Of a DNA stretch of 20,000 nucleotides, positions 1-13,159 are shown in pieces. Position 1 is the stretch's first letter, and each line of letters opens with the position of its first letter. Below the pieces are notes generated by a model. It was not told the DNA's origin. It did no database searches and saw only the letters and a list, made by a program, of their open reading frames with translations. The stretch is taken from assembly GCA_000934665.2 (NCBI GenBank), contig KZ537976.1:175093-195092 (forward strand), written 5' to 3'. The position numbers and the translations under genes are program-made. Source of the DNA: Catajapyx aquilonaris (lineage: Eukaryota).

Positions 1-412
1 GAGGTGTAAGACGCGACTGAATGAAACCGGCTGTGTTATCATTGGCTGGCCTTTTTTTGTTTTGTATAATAATATTTGAGTATGAAACTGCACGTAGCTG
101 AATGTTAAGTGGTGCTCGGCTTTTGTGTGTTATTGCACGTAGATTTTTTTTTTGTGGTCCTGTCCTTCCTCCGTCAAAGCTATAGCGTCGGGATGAAATA
201 TTACGTTTGTTCATCACTGACTGCGTTGAAAGAGTCCCCAGATCTCCCATCAGTCATTTATTACTCTCTCTGTTGTTTTTTTTCTCTCCGCCAGGTTGGC
301 ATGCAGATAAGTTGCGATCTGGAAAATGAAATATTGCGTAGTAGCCAGCCGTCACATCCACTTCAGTGGCATCATTTCGAAGGCAAACGCAATTAATACC
401 TGGTGGCACTGT

Positions 413-423
413 TTCCCACGGGA
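413..423. promoter_or_regulatory. Overlapping CSL/Su(H) and COE/EBF consensus sites
   Basis: TTCCCACG (413-420) overlaps TCCCACGGGA (414-423). Motif match only. Confidence 0.25.
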
Positions 424-3400
424 GCGTTTGAATTGTGATCATTCAGCACTGCATGTGAGCAGGTGATGTTGGCTCACTTTGGACGAATTACAACCGCATG
501 CGCCGGTTTGTTTAATCCGTCAATTGTCTGCAAATGGTTTCCCCCCAGCAGGATCCAGCTCAAACAAAGCCGGAAAGGAAACAGAAACAGGTGGGGGGAC
601 GTGATCAGCCATTACCGTTGGTTATCACTCATTCGGTGTCTGTCCGGTCCAACCGAACTGCTTACCACACAGAGTCCCTCAGGAAGGATTTGGAGTGTTG
701 TCAAGTTGAGTTACGGGGACGCCACAGCTAGAGGGCGATACCAGAAAGGGGGGCGACGCCAATGGGAAAACAGTTAGACTTAGCAGAAGGAAGGAGGGAT
801 ATGCCTGCTTGCTTGAGCACTTCAATTCGATGACTTTCCTTCCAAAAGAGACATTGGCGATCAATCGGATGGGAGAGACGGAGAATCCGAGGCGCACACG
901 CTGTCTGCCGGCAATCGAACTATGGGATCTCCTTTGTCTCCCAGGGACGTGCCGAATTAGGTCCAGCCAGAGATTAGGCCCAGGCACAGACTCTTTATCG
1001 GATCAATTCAAGCCCACCCCTTCCCAACCCCACTTCCTCTCCCCGTGACTATATTCCTCTCACTACCCTTTTTTGTAGCTAAATAAAACTAGGGCCGATG
1101 CTGCTCCAATTACTATGTTTGCTGCAAAAGATCGAACTCTTGCTAATGGATTTCAGCCATTCTTTTCATGGGCCACTTCTCCCCTGAATTTATAAAGGGA
1201 AGGCATTGGATGAGGGGGACCTAGGAAAGAGGTAAAAAAAAAGGGCAGGGGGGCTGTTGTATAGGAATACTATAGTGATAGGAGGCAATTAGGATCGGAC
1301 TATCAGGCTGTACAAAGCCAGGTTGCTTTTCTCCAACCTGATGCATTATCTGGTTTCTCCGCAGGTCTTAAGGCTGACGAAAACAAAGGGAGGACCACCG
1401 GCATGTTTAGTCAATTGGAAGGGAATCCTTATTGAGCAGGATGCGTGACAATCCTTGCGTATGTCTCCAGATCTGCGCAGCATCCGGGAAATTAAATTCG
1501 AGGGGGAAGGGGGATGCAGCTGATTGAAATGGAAGTGAACGAGTCTGGCGCAATTAAAAGGGTTGCTCGCTAATTTCATTTCGGTGGGTAAACATGAAAC
1601 GCATTATTAATGACGAAGGCCTGTGACAAACCCCTCCCCGTCTTGGCAAGGACCGACACTACATAATGTAATCTGACGATTTGAAAGTAAAGTACTCGTA
1701 CACTTGGAGAATCGTGAGCCTATAATATGATGCGGGTTATATTGGCCCCAGGTTTCTTGCAGCTTCACAGCTTGGTAAAACAAATCAGGCATAGTGTCTA
1801 TTAACAATTTAATGTTTGTCGTGTACAAGCTGCCACTTGGATGTATATACTGTAGTACCAGGTGGTCAGAGGTAATTTGAACTAACAGTATCAGGAAGCA
1901 ATTTTTGAAGTAATTAATATTGACGAATCCGCGTCACGCAGTATATATCAGTCTACCGCGTCATTGGTTTACATGAGTTATATCTAGGATAATGAAATTT
2001 CCGAGCCCGGTCTTCCATCAATCGATATTTGGATTTAATTTTGAAGCATAAAAATTGCACATGGTACAGGGAATTTATCACGTACAGGACTGCGTGGTAT
2101 TGGTGGTCGCCTGCACCACGAATTCGGTAATAACATTATGCCAACGCAATTTTTGGTCCTTTCAGGCTCGTGGACAAAAAAGCAAACCGAAGACTTTGGT
2201 ACACTCTTAGGCCAATAGCTGGATAATTTATTATTGAATGTAATTCACTGCAGGTGCAAGTACTACTTTGACCCAGATGGTACCGATCAATCACGGATTT
2301 TTTTTGTCCCCTTTGTTTACAGTCAGCGGGTTCAGTGGCAGTCCAATGAGCCTTGAACTCATCCGGTCAAAATGAGACGAGCCCGGATGAGATTTGGGAC
2401 GCGCACTGACCTTGGATACTTGTAAAAAAGTCAGTAGAGCGGGGTCTGTACGGTTTTGGAAACTCGTCGCGTCTGTTTTTGCTTGCGTTTTGATCCCCGC
2501 CTGGAACACTTGGCTGGAGTGAACTGTCTGGAAGCATGACGTCAATACAAACAACGAGGCACTTGTGGCACTGTTTGCGAGTGACGTTCAGGCCAGTACA
2601 GGCTCTGGCTGCCGAATTACGTTTAGCCTAAATTGTCAAATGGCAGCGTGGCAAAGTAGGCCCGTTTGTTCACACCCATAACCACAAATGGCAGCAGTGG
2701 TGACTCCCATCGGTGGTACTGCCATCTCAATCGCTAAAAAGATTTCGAAGCAAAGCATCGCATATAGGTGGAAGTGGAGCACAATCCTATAGTCGTGTCC
2801 GATTTTGCAAGCGCTGCTTCCTGCAAGCGTGTCCGGGACACTTGGTCGTAAATTGGCAAGGCAGCGTCCCCCCCACCCTCCTCTCCCGGCATGTCCGGTG
2901 CACTTGGTCGTGCAGTGGATCACCGGAGGACTGCTGGCTCCGGGTCTCTCCATATCCCCTCTTTGCTGCTGCTTGCTGGTGGGGGCTTGTGCAAGGGGAG
3001 TTTGCAGGACGTCTGCTCCCATCCCAATCCTCCCGCTTCGGCCTGCAAATAGAATGAAAAAGGAAGATTGGGCCTGTCGCAAGCGCAAAGTGCAGAACGG
3101 AGATTGTTCCTGGCGTGGCTGCAAAGCTTACCGGGGAAAAACGGGCCGGGAGGAACCAGGACTTGTCTGGGAATATACAGGGTGGGCCAGGAACACTGCG
3201 GGCATCAATTCGGGGAGAATGTACTGCTTGTGCAGTCCTTGCAGTGGTCGATTTTGTGGCGGTTTCATATCGGTAAAAATACGGGAACTGCGCACACTTT
3301 TGTAGTAAACTGGCACTTGCTGCAGGTTCACACAGGGAATGAATGGCAAATAACTTTCAGCAGCTACACGAAAGAGCTAAACAAGCAGAATGACTAAGTG

Positions 3401-3596
3401 GCGTCGGAGCACCCTGTATATAGAGTTTCTCCCCGGATTTCTATCTCTCCCTATACCACTAGCAGAACCATAAAGCGTGTGCTGCGTGCATCCAGAGGAC
3501 GACCGAGGAGGAGTGCGAACTCATTTCCTCCTTTTCTCAATCAGCACTAGAGGAAGTTTACAGTCTAATTATCTGCCTCTACTTCGTTTTGGAGTA

Positions 3597-3660
3597 GGGG
3601 AATGGAGGATGGGGTGGGGGAGAAAACGGGGAGGAGAGAGAGAGAGCGGGAGGGGGGGTG
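3597..3660 (+). repeat. G/GA-rich low-complexity tract with (GA)n; potential G-quadruplex
   Basis: Six runs of 3 or more G flank a (GA)n stretch. Confidence 0.75.
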
Positions 3661-5199
3661 TTTTTGCGTCCGGAAGAATAGGTTTCGACCCAATTTGGCT
3701 GAGAGTCTGAGCAAGTCATTGTCTGTGGCCATGGTTTCCACCCAGGGCTCGTTTCATTTTCGCGCCCAAACTGCCTTCCCAATTAAGACTAGTTCATGCC
3801 AACTTTTTGGAAGTCAGTTGTAGCAAGCAGTGAAAGACCTGCTGGGATTGTATATCCAAGCTGCGCGATGCTACAACATGGCCATCACTCTGCAATCAGC
3901 AACAAAGAAAACTTTTTTTGGGAGGGAAGTCACTGAGCTTCTTTTATGAGCACCATGGGCGGACCTGTAATATTGATGCGAATAAATGCGGGCCTCATAG
4001 AGCGAGTGCCCGTGGAGTGAATATCCCTTCGAGGGAGGTGCCTGGCATCTGGCATGGGGGACACGTATCAAGAAAACTGTATTATTCAAGTAGAGGCGCG
4101 GAGGTGGGGATAGACGGAGGAGGATGAATAGCTCGCCATCAATCACAGGGGCCTCACAGCAGTCGCAAGATTTTTTGGTGGGGGACGATGGGGGATGTCC
4201 TTCTTGTATATATATACACAGGATGAGACGGGCATTGCAATACGAGGCGATATGTAATGCGAGCCAGTGTAGGTTGCACATTTTTGTTATGCGGGCTAGG
4301 GGATGCGATATCCTGAGGATGAAACTGGCGGAGGGAGGAACCCCCTCTATTGGAGATGCGAGTCAAGTGAGGGCCTTACGGAAATAAGGGTCCCCTAGTC
4401 CGAGACCCACCGAGGGATCAGCTGTGAATAAGGGCTTCTCCGTGAGAAGGATGACTTGACTGCACACGACTACGACACCGACAAACACAAAAAATTTCGG
4501 TGTTTGGGGGGGGGTTGCAGAAGCTGCTCAGGGAACACAGAAACTGGGGGCATTGCATTTATGCTGCTTTACCAAATGTTGCTTCCCACAAACACACCAG
4601 AGGAATCCAGACTTGGTTTGTTTCCTAACCAAATAAAATCTGTAAAACTGTTTTTAAAAATAAGTATCTGATGGTGAAGTATACTGTATACAATTATCCT
4701 TATTGACTTATTCGAATATAAGTACTGGTCCAACATGGAGAGAAACTTTCTCATATCATAGGATGGCAATGCTTATGATGGACATGCATAAGCCAAAGTA
4801 GGATACAAGAATAAAATTTGCTATGCGTATGGTATACAGGGCTTAACAGGTTGATGATGCTATGATACAGTGGTGATATAGGGTATATCACCGGCGTTTG
4901 TTGCAAGTATTTCATTTGTGGTGGTCTATTATTAACAAACAACAATATTAATATTGATAATAACGCGAGTAAATTGGTTCGTTATTTACAAATTGTTGTA
5001 ATATTGATAATTTTGGTTTATTGGGAAATTGCCCTTCCTGTGTACACTACGTAATTGAGGCTATAACTTGGTCAACTGAAATATAATTTTCCATATTTTG
5101 TACAGCTAATTACGTAATTAACCGGGTTTCTCTAAGCGCATTGCATGGCAGAATTCTGACCTTCCATTTTAATAATGGAAAAATCGTGTAATTTAATTT

Positions 5200-5860
5200 A
5201 AAATGGGCTGTGCTACCGACGACGTCAGAAAAGATTGATACCATTGCTCTGGAGACTTCCTCTATGTCGATGAACTTGTCGTTGGAATAAATTGCAAGCG
5301 ACAGGTTATACGCAGAGGACTAGGAGATACCCTTGATTGATGATGACTATCTGTCTCGACGATAACATACAGTGTAGTCCACTTCAACTGAAAACACTTG
5401 CAAGCAAGCAAAGCAAACTAATTAGTCTTTGTTTCAGACAAAGACTTCCTGGACTTGCAGAAAATGCCGAGTTTCACTTTGGCTTTGCTTATTATAGTTG
5501 TTGTTGCAAACGAGAGCACATCGTTACTTGGGCGACTTGAATAGTTCACCGAGCACTTCAGAGTACTGTAGGCCCGTGCAATTATCGAGGATGCGCGATC
5601 GATTACCTGATGGCAATAATAACCAGCAGGTTATTTCACGGAGGCTAGATAACTTGTTGTCCATAATTACAGCTCTACGGTGCCCGAACTTGACAATTTC
5701 CTCTTTGAGAGCTGCACTCGCGTATTAGCTGAAGAGGAAATTTTAATTGCGCAATGTAATAGCATCAGTACCTTGTCGATAAGCCTCTTACAACTTTTCA
5801 ACATCAGCGGTGTAACACTGTCGAAAGTCCTTTTTGTATATGTACGTGCCTGCCTTTTCA
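5200..5860 (-). mobile_element. Possible highly decayed MULE/Mutator-like transposase fragment
   Basis: A stop-interrupted minus frame reads as protein-like. EIVKFGHRRAVIMD (5700-5659) resembles the MULE first catalytic-D context 'M.KFGH...I.MD.T'. Downstream KQSQSETRHFLQV and LVCFACLQ weakly resemble 'DK...E..A...V' and 'LLC.FH.LQ'. Confidence 0.3.
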
Positions 5861-6597
5861 AGAGTTAAATTTCGCAATGGAGAGCATACATTCATCGCTA
5901 ACCCTCAAAAGAGGATGTATGCAGAGCAGGATTAACCAAGGAGAGAGCCATGCTTATTATTTTGACATGAAGGCTTGACGATTACGCCTCTAGCAAGAGT
6001 ACACTGTACTGAGCCGGTGTCATTTTGTCGAGTGAAAGTGCGTCTTCTTTACACTTGAAGCAAGAAGCAGCATCAAAATGCCTCTACATGCTGGGAAACT
6101 AACCGATCGTGGCTCTCGCGTATGGCTACAGGGTATGTAATTAGAGCATTGAATATCATCCTACCTCTTGTTATCTACATGAGATATCTGCAGCTTTAAA
6201 GGAACAGGGCTTTAATAGCAAGTCCACTGGGCTGACTCGCTCTGCCGTGTAATGGAGAGAAGCGCAAATTTAAATCCGTGTACTGTGCACGTGTGATGAG
6301 GACTGCATGTGAATGACCCACTCATAGCACTGCAGGTTTTACTGACTCCCTGTGAAAAAAAGGAAACTTATAGTCTACATGACTGCACATACCATCAAGG
6401 AGCAAACCTCTCAGGAAAGCGCATAAAAATTCGAACATGATCACTTTTTTTTGAGAAAAAAAAACCCGGAGTTTATATCGCATTCCCTCGTTTATCAATG
6501 TCACTTGGCAGACAGGCTGGTACGTCATGAACGTGAGGAATAATGAATGATATGGGATTATCCGGATCCTTTTTGGAAAGCGATTCGACCCTATGTG

Positions 6598-6619
6598 TAT
6601 ATATGTGTGTGTGTGTGTG
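6598..6619. repeat. (TA)3(TG)8 microsatellite
   Basis: Directly visible: tatatatgtgtgtgtgtgtgtg. Confidence 0.9.
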
Positions 6620-9142
6620 CACGCGGGGGAAACTAAAGCTCTCGACAATAGTTTGGAGCCGTAACTGGGGCATGTAATTGATGCACTCTGTTTTTCACAA
6701 AAGCCGAAGGGAGCGTAGGGGGAACATGACACAAGTATATGCAGAACTGACAGTGGCGAGCAACAAACAAGAGTAAGGCAGGTCGTCGACTCCGTTGCTA
6801 ATGATATTGCCATTGTGTTGATGCGTCCGATATAATTTATATCCGTCTAATGGATGCGTGTTGTCTGATCAGGGGCAGGAAAAATGGCTTGCTTGACTAA
6901 CGCTGCTTTAAGTATGTAAGGCTGTTTACACTGTGGTATATATGTGATGGAACTTTTGCTGCCAGTCTTCCTAGTTTGATTTAGTATGGATAAGCTCACT
7001 TTTCTATTGCGTAATGCCGTACTGTATGTTGCAAGTAAATCACTTCTGCGCCTAAGATAAATTTTGTGCAAAATATGTGCACTTTTATAAATACATGTGC
7101 GTGTAATTTATTCAGGTTGTATCTCACGTATGAACGAATGACTCGAAAAAATGTGAATCAATTACGCAATTTTCACAAATACAACCGACCTGATCGTAGA
7201 TGTACGTTGTAAATGGTGCAACGAGTTATTGATTGTAGACATATCGGGCGGTTATCGATAGGTTTGTAAATGATTTAGGCGTGCGGAATATTGATGCACT
7301 ATGAACTACTATGTGCACCTGTTAATTTTTGATTTATTTTGTCGGGAACCCATCCAGGCTGCATAATGCGATGCACTAATTAGTCGACATCGGTAAACAA
7401 AGCGAGTCGCGCCTGTTAGCACAAGTTACTGCATGCCCTGTCGGAGGAAACAGCACAAAAATACCAGCCGATTTAGAGGCTCTGGAATATTCAAACCGGC
7501 CTTAATGCAATTAGACATTAAAATAAACGATGTTTTTCTGGCAGTCGTGATGAGGGTTTATAGGACTCTGTCTTTTTTATTATTATTATTCCAAGTGTGA
7601 ATGGCCTTCCCCCCATGGCAGCAAAACCAGCTCTGTCACGTCTTTACCAAATTGGCTTGACCCAGTTGGAGAATGTAAGGGCATTACCCGCATTTTGTGG
7701 TGGCCGTACCCTCCCCCGAAACTTTTTCGCGAATTACTAGAAGTCTTCACGCCGGGTTGAAAAATGAGGCCGACGACACTAGGATTCGCAACAAAAAGAG
7801 GGTGGCTATTTTTTTCTCCCTCCCCTCCCCCTCCCACCTCTCATATAGCGGTGAACTCCCAGGAAAAAGAATGTAACAGGACTGGGAATGCACTTCAACA
7901 ATAGAGACACCGAGGACGCCGCCTGAATTCTTTCGGCTCCGGATCGCCAAATTGTGCTGGCCAACAATCTGCAATAGTTTACAGGGTGTCAAACTTTTGC
8001 ACAGTTTTTGCGTTGGTGCAAATACTGTACTTGGGAAGTAAGTTACCTGCAAGTCCGGATTAGCGTTTGGAGCAGGAACCTTTGCGGGTAGGCGTAGAGT
8101 AGAAACATTAGTCCCGAGGCCTTCCATAATCTGGTGTTGACTAGGTAGGACGCTTGGTTCTGGAAGTTAATGAAAACACCCTCGGCAATATGTTGTGCGG
8201 GGGGAACAAAGGGGGGAAAAGGGGGGTGTCTAGTAGACGCCTATCCAGCCAATAGGGCCTGGAGAAGAAAGATTGCTCGATCTCGGAGTCGTCTCCCGCT
8301 CTCTGGTTCTGCTGGAGCTTTCAGATAAGACGAAGGAAGAGGAATTTCCGTCTCCTGTGGGTGCCAGAAAAAGTAAAGAGGGGAACCCGCTCTTCCTTAT
8401 TCAGATGGTTGGGAGGGGGAGCGCCATAAAAACGCACAATAATCCGCCCCCCAACAAACTTGGCTCTCCGGAGATATAGAGGCTGTATCATGAAGCGCGA
8501 AGAAGAAAAAAATAAAAGGGGAAAAAAAGAGGGTTTCAAATTGAAATGCCAGGGATTTTTCCGGCCGTCTTTCACTTCCAAGGGAGGTGCCCCCACCGAA
8601 ATTGGTATTCCTTGTTTATGATGCCGGAACGTATGGAGAGGGTAATCGCGTAACCGGATCCCCTCATTTGCATTCCTGGAGGCATGTGGAATTCCATTTC
8701 TACGATTATAGGTAAGAATACACCTGGCTGTTGGTCATGAAATCGGACAGGATTACAGGCTAGATCAAACAGTCAGGATGCTGCAAATATAATTCGGAAA
8801 ATAAAGTACGTAAACCACCAGAAGAAGAGATTAATGAAAAGTGTCCAACTTAATATCGTAATGTCAAAGTGTCAAAATATTTCTTCAAATTTAACAGCAG
8901 TGTAACACGACGGGTGAACAAGGAACAACATGTGCTAGTTTCATAAATTTTGATGAAGCCAAACCTCCATGGTTTCAACAGTGGTTGTAGCTCTAACCCC
9001 TACGGATTTTTACGTCCGGTGCAAATGCTGCGTGATCCGGAATACTGCACATGGGCAGTATTCCTGCCTCCTTTTCACGTCTTTCTCCTCCGGTTTTCTC
9101 TCCTTACTAGGATGTAGAGGAAGGATGAACAAGGATGGGGAG

Positions 9143-9153
9143 NNNNNNNNNNN
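9143..9153. other. Assembly gap / ambiguous bases next to a poly-G run
   Basis: 11 N characters followed by G11. Confidence 0.98.
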
Positions 9154-11767
9154 GGGGGGGGGGGATTTATGGCGGTTTTTGTCGTGTGTATCGTCTCAAG
9201 GGCGCTGCAACGAAGAGGAACCGTCTGGAAATGTTTCCACGTTGACTGTCAGGTCTCGTTCTTCTCGCGTCTTGTCCTCGTATTTTCCACCAAAGTACCG
9301 GGGGACCACATTAAAAGGAAGCGAGGATAAAAACTGGATAGGGGGGGAAAAAAAAGAATGAACGGAGGAGGACATGTGAAGGACGATGTGTCGCCAGTTG
9401 GGAAAGTTGTTTGAAAGACTGGAACCCTTTCTAAGGGGGAGGAAAAGAAGCTTCATATCCTCGGGAATAAAAACTATAAATATTGTACGATGTATTAGGT
9501 TCAGCTCCATGGGAGAGAATCCGCAGCACTTTACAGACTATAATGTTACAGGGTGAGTCTGAAGTTATGGTCATCCGTGGACACAAATGTTTTGACTCAC
9601 CCTGTAGAGTGCACGGAGGCCTGAGCGTTTGGAGAGAAAATATGGCGACGGCAATGATCCCCACGGTGCGTTTGCAGGGAAGGAATTGACATAATTTGTA
9701 CTTTAGAGATTATGCAGAGTACCCGGAACTACCTAGGCCTGAATAGCAGATGAAGGGAAGACAAGCGACATCAGAGTTGGAGGGATCCGTCTGTCGCCGT
9801 GGAATCCCGTATTTTATACGGAGGGGCTCTTTCTGCTAAGTGCTTGAAATCAGCGTGAAAACCGACGACTGGATACTGTCTTCTCCGGATGTTGTGCTTA
9901 GAATGTGAGCAGACAGAGACATTCGCCAAAATTGAATAGCTTTGTTTGGCTAAGACGCTAGATGGCTTCATATTAGCCCGACATCTACCGGGCCTGGGTG
10001 ACGTAACCTCTGCTCAGACGACTCCTGGCTCACCTTGGGGATCAATTTACCTCATGCAACATGTTGAATTTTTCCCCTCCCCTACGTTGTCAATAATTTA
10101 GGCTGACGGTTATTACGAATTTAGGTCGCGCCCATTATGTGGAGAGCACTTTGTGAAGCCAGAGTCAAGTTCCTATCCGCCTGTTATTAAAATTGAGGAA
10201 TGCAAGCTAGTATCTGCTGCTGGCTTGAACGAAGCAGGCTCACCTTGATGCGGGGAAGCGTAACAGATATGCAAAACCTGGATTGATTTCTGCTTCGGGT
10301 TAATTATCGGGAAGTTTGTACATAGGTTCGGGAAGCCCCCGCAGAGACCTTCCCAGTATTGCAATTGTAACTCGTCTCCTCTTTTTTTTCCCCCTCCGTC
10401 GCTCCGTGGGAAGTAATGGCAAGCTCAAATGAATATTTGATTCCGCGAGACATAATTACACGGTGGAAATTCCATCAGCGCCCAACTATTGGGGGATAGG
10501 GGGAAAAAAACTGTCCATTTTTCTTCCACGAGTGTGATAGAGCTCGAAGCAGCCCATTTTTGCATATTGCAGAAAAAAAAGTGGTAGGCTACTGGAATGG
10601 CATAATCGCAGTGCGAATTTTTCCTACGCCCAGTCATGTACGTGTGTTGTTTCAGTTCGCCTGAAAATGTACATTCTTTTTAGCATTCGAATCATTTTTT
10701 TAGAACATTGCTATAGCTGACCAAATGCATCACTAACAAACCCAGCTTCAAAGCTATTGCGCGATGGAGCAATTCGCAAATCACAATCGTCACCATATCT
10801 GCTTCTCCCCCTCCCCCTCTCTTTCCTTTTCTCCTGCTGTCAAGTTTGCGAAATGAACCAAGTGGCGTGGCTTGCTGATGAGGATTTCTCCGTTCGATTG
10901 CCGAGATCGATCTTCCACTCGGGGATTCAAATTGGGGAGGAAATACAGGAGGTAATGAGAGCGGGTATATCAACGCCGAGGACGTGACGGGACTTGACTC
11001 CGAAATGTACTGCGAATTCCTCACTGCTAATCCGCCGGAGGAAGAAGCCCTCTTTAGACAAGGGAGGAGGAGGGGGTGTTATAAATGACTGTCTCCAGGC
11101 ATTAGGAATAAGGAATTCAGACAGTAATGTGCATTCTGCTCCTACGTTTATAAAGCCGATTACTTCGCTTCTATGTGGATGTAACATGCAGTGTCTGTAA
11201 TTATTATAGCTTTGGATTCAGGTGCAGGACAAGGTGCACTAATGGTGGGTCTTGTCGTGGTCTTAATTTAGAGCTTTCGACTTCACCTGGTTTGGCAAAT
11301 CAATTGTTGTCAGCCCCAATCACCGAGGCCCTGCTGGAAACCCTGAAAGCAATCATCAGTCAGATGTACCGCAGCCCCGCAGTAGGCCTCTCTCGACCTC
11401 ATAACCACAACGCATCACAGTTTCATTATTGTTTTGCACACGCAGTAATCCCCTCCAGTACCCGCAGCTCTTTCCACCTATTCATTGCACAGCGCTAGTG
11501 CTATACTGATGTAGTAAAATCCTCTTCAGACCCAACTCTCACTTCACGCAGTCGGGAACATGTGCTTGCTGTTTTCATTAATTATACACTGTACTGTGCA
11601 TTCAGAATTACATGGTGTACCGCTTGTTAACTGCTGTCTTGCACAGTGTACGTGCACAGCAGTTAGAATGTTGCAGGTGCAACTGACGTGGTACAGACAA
11701 GTCATTCACAGTTGAGTAAAAGCCTTACGCACAGTACCTTTTGACGTAAAGGCCAAGTCGGTTTACA

Positions 11768-11838
11768 TTTATTACCATTACCATTACCATTTATTACCAT
11801 TACCATTACCATTACCATTACATTTATTTACCATTACA
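11768..11838. repeat. (TTACCA)n hexamer tandem array interrupted by TTTATT units
   Basis: Directly visible: tttattaccattaccattaccatttattaccattaccattaccattaccattacatttattttaccattac. Confidence 0.95.
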
Positions 11839-12310
11839 GCTTCCTCCACAAAAAGTTTTTAAAGTAAAATCTTCCACTAGTGGTTTAGCCTTAATTCGCA
11901 ACAACTTTCAGTTGAAATTGCTGCTTGTAATATCTATACTTAGAGAGTTTATTAGATTTTTGTTGTTGTAAAACTCGCGATGTTGCAATATTCTTGTTGG
12001 ACGTAATTTTCTCCAATTTTTGTGAACTTTTTCTAGCAGACAACTATATGTAGTGAAGTCATTAAAGTTACGAAATTTGGAGTAACCAACAATGATTGCT
12101 TCCACTACATCACCAACCGAAGCGACCAACATTATATAATTTTTGGATGCCATATCTCATTATCTCAGCCCACTTTTACGCGACGAGTAGCAGTTACTTT
12201 TAATTGCTATATTAGAATCAAAGTAACTAGCAGATTATCTGTTGTTGTTACTTCACCTCCGCTTTCAAATTATATCCCTGTCCACATGAATCCAATACTT
12301 GTCTTGAACG
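11768..12310 (-). mobile_element. Degenerate 3' fragment of a CR1/L2-type LINE (ORF2 C-terminus plus tandem-repeat tail)
   Basis: Minus-strand translation across frameshifts gives, in order, LDSCGQG (~12295-12275), LLVA*KWAEI and FYNNKNLINSLSIDITSS...KLLRIKAK. These match the CR1/L2 ORF2 C-terminal motifs 'VWDSCG..KL', 'LL..LKW..L' and 'F.....WNSLP.DI..S...FK.KLK'. They are followed by AATAAA and (TGGTAA)n, the usual CR1/L2 tail architecture. Confidence 0.6.
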
Positions 12311-13159
12311 TGTCAGCACCAACTAGGGCTCCCGTGAAAGTCCACACGTGATTACCACTTTTGCAAATAACGTTCGTATAAGCCACACAGCAGCGACAGC
12401 AGACTTGAGGCCCGTATCAACCTGCTGCAGCCCTGCATTTTTACGACACTGACCATAGAAGCGGACCCCACCCCCCACCTCCATCTCCCCACACGGGTCT
12501 ATAGGAGAAGGAGACCCGTTTTCCTGGACGCAAATTAGCTCATAAATCCGAGTTACATTCCCACGGTGAAAAGTTTAAAGGGAATAACGGCGATAGTAAT
12601 CGTTGCAAGTGGGCCCGTAGAGCCTCGGTTACCGACAGTTACGGACGATAAGTGGCTTCGGGGTGTGAAGTCTTGGTAAGCCTTGCCAACCAATGCCATT
12701 CAGACCTGCTTTTTTATATTTAAAAAAAGACCGTTTTTGAGAATCGCCAATCCGAAAAAAGGGTTCTAAATGATACGACATTCTGTAGCTGTTTGCGAGC
12801 ATTACACTAACGACTACTGGTGGTGTGTGTATAAATAGGAACCCTTTTGCTACTAGGGGGGGTTCGGTCTACTTGCGCATTTTAGGTGGACGCTAATGGC
12901 TAGGCCCGAAAGCAGCCAAGTGGAATTTTCATGACCTAATTTTCTGCTTTTAACCCTTAGATAAAAAATGGAATTAGAGGACGTTTATGTGGCCGGAAGA
13001 GCCAGTGCCTAGGGCTTTTTGGGGGAGGATAAGCAAGGCCGCAGGATTGCCCGTGATTGTCATCCACTATACGACGTCGCCACGGAAAACGGTGCAAAAA
13101 TTCCGATAGGTCGCACTTGGCAGTATTTTATAGCCCCGTCGAGATGCCTTGCTGCTTCT

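Noticed and set aside
1607..1828. LQETW motif resembling a LINE AP-endonuclease
   Set aside because: Single short motif; the flanking conserved motifs are not convincingly present.
2636..3397. Overlapping 110-166 aa Cys/Gly/Pro-rich ORFs on both strands
   Set aside because: No recognisable domain. Several frames are open at once, as expected for a GC-rich stop-poor island.
8800..8990. RKPPEEEINEK...INFDEAKPPWF resembling the pogo 'QKLP....EK...NMDETP.WF' pattern
   Set aside because: Needs frameshifts and is too short to distinguish from chance by eye.
10875..10900. CTGATGAG hammerhead ribozyme core
   Set aside because: No stem II closing into GAAA and no matching stems I/III.
11768..11838. 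Telomeric repeat or CRISPR interpretation of the TTACCA array
   Set aside because: No unique spacers, not the TTAGGG-type unit, and better explained as a LINE tail.
12192..12228. 9 bp inverted repeat AGTTACTTT...AAAGTAACT
   Set aside because: AT-rich, short and inside the LINE fossil; likely chance.
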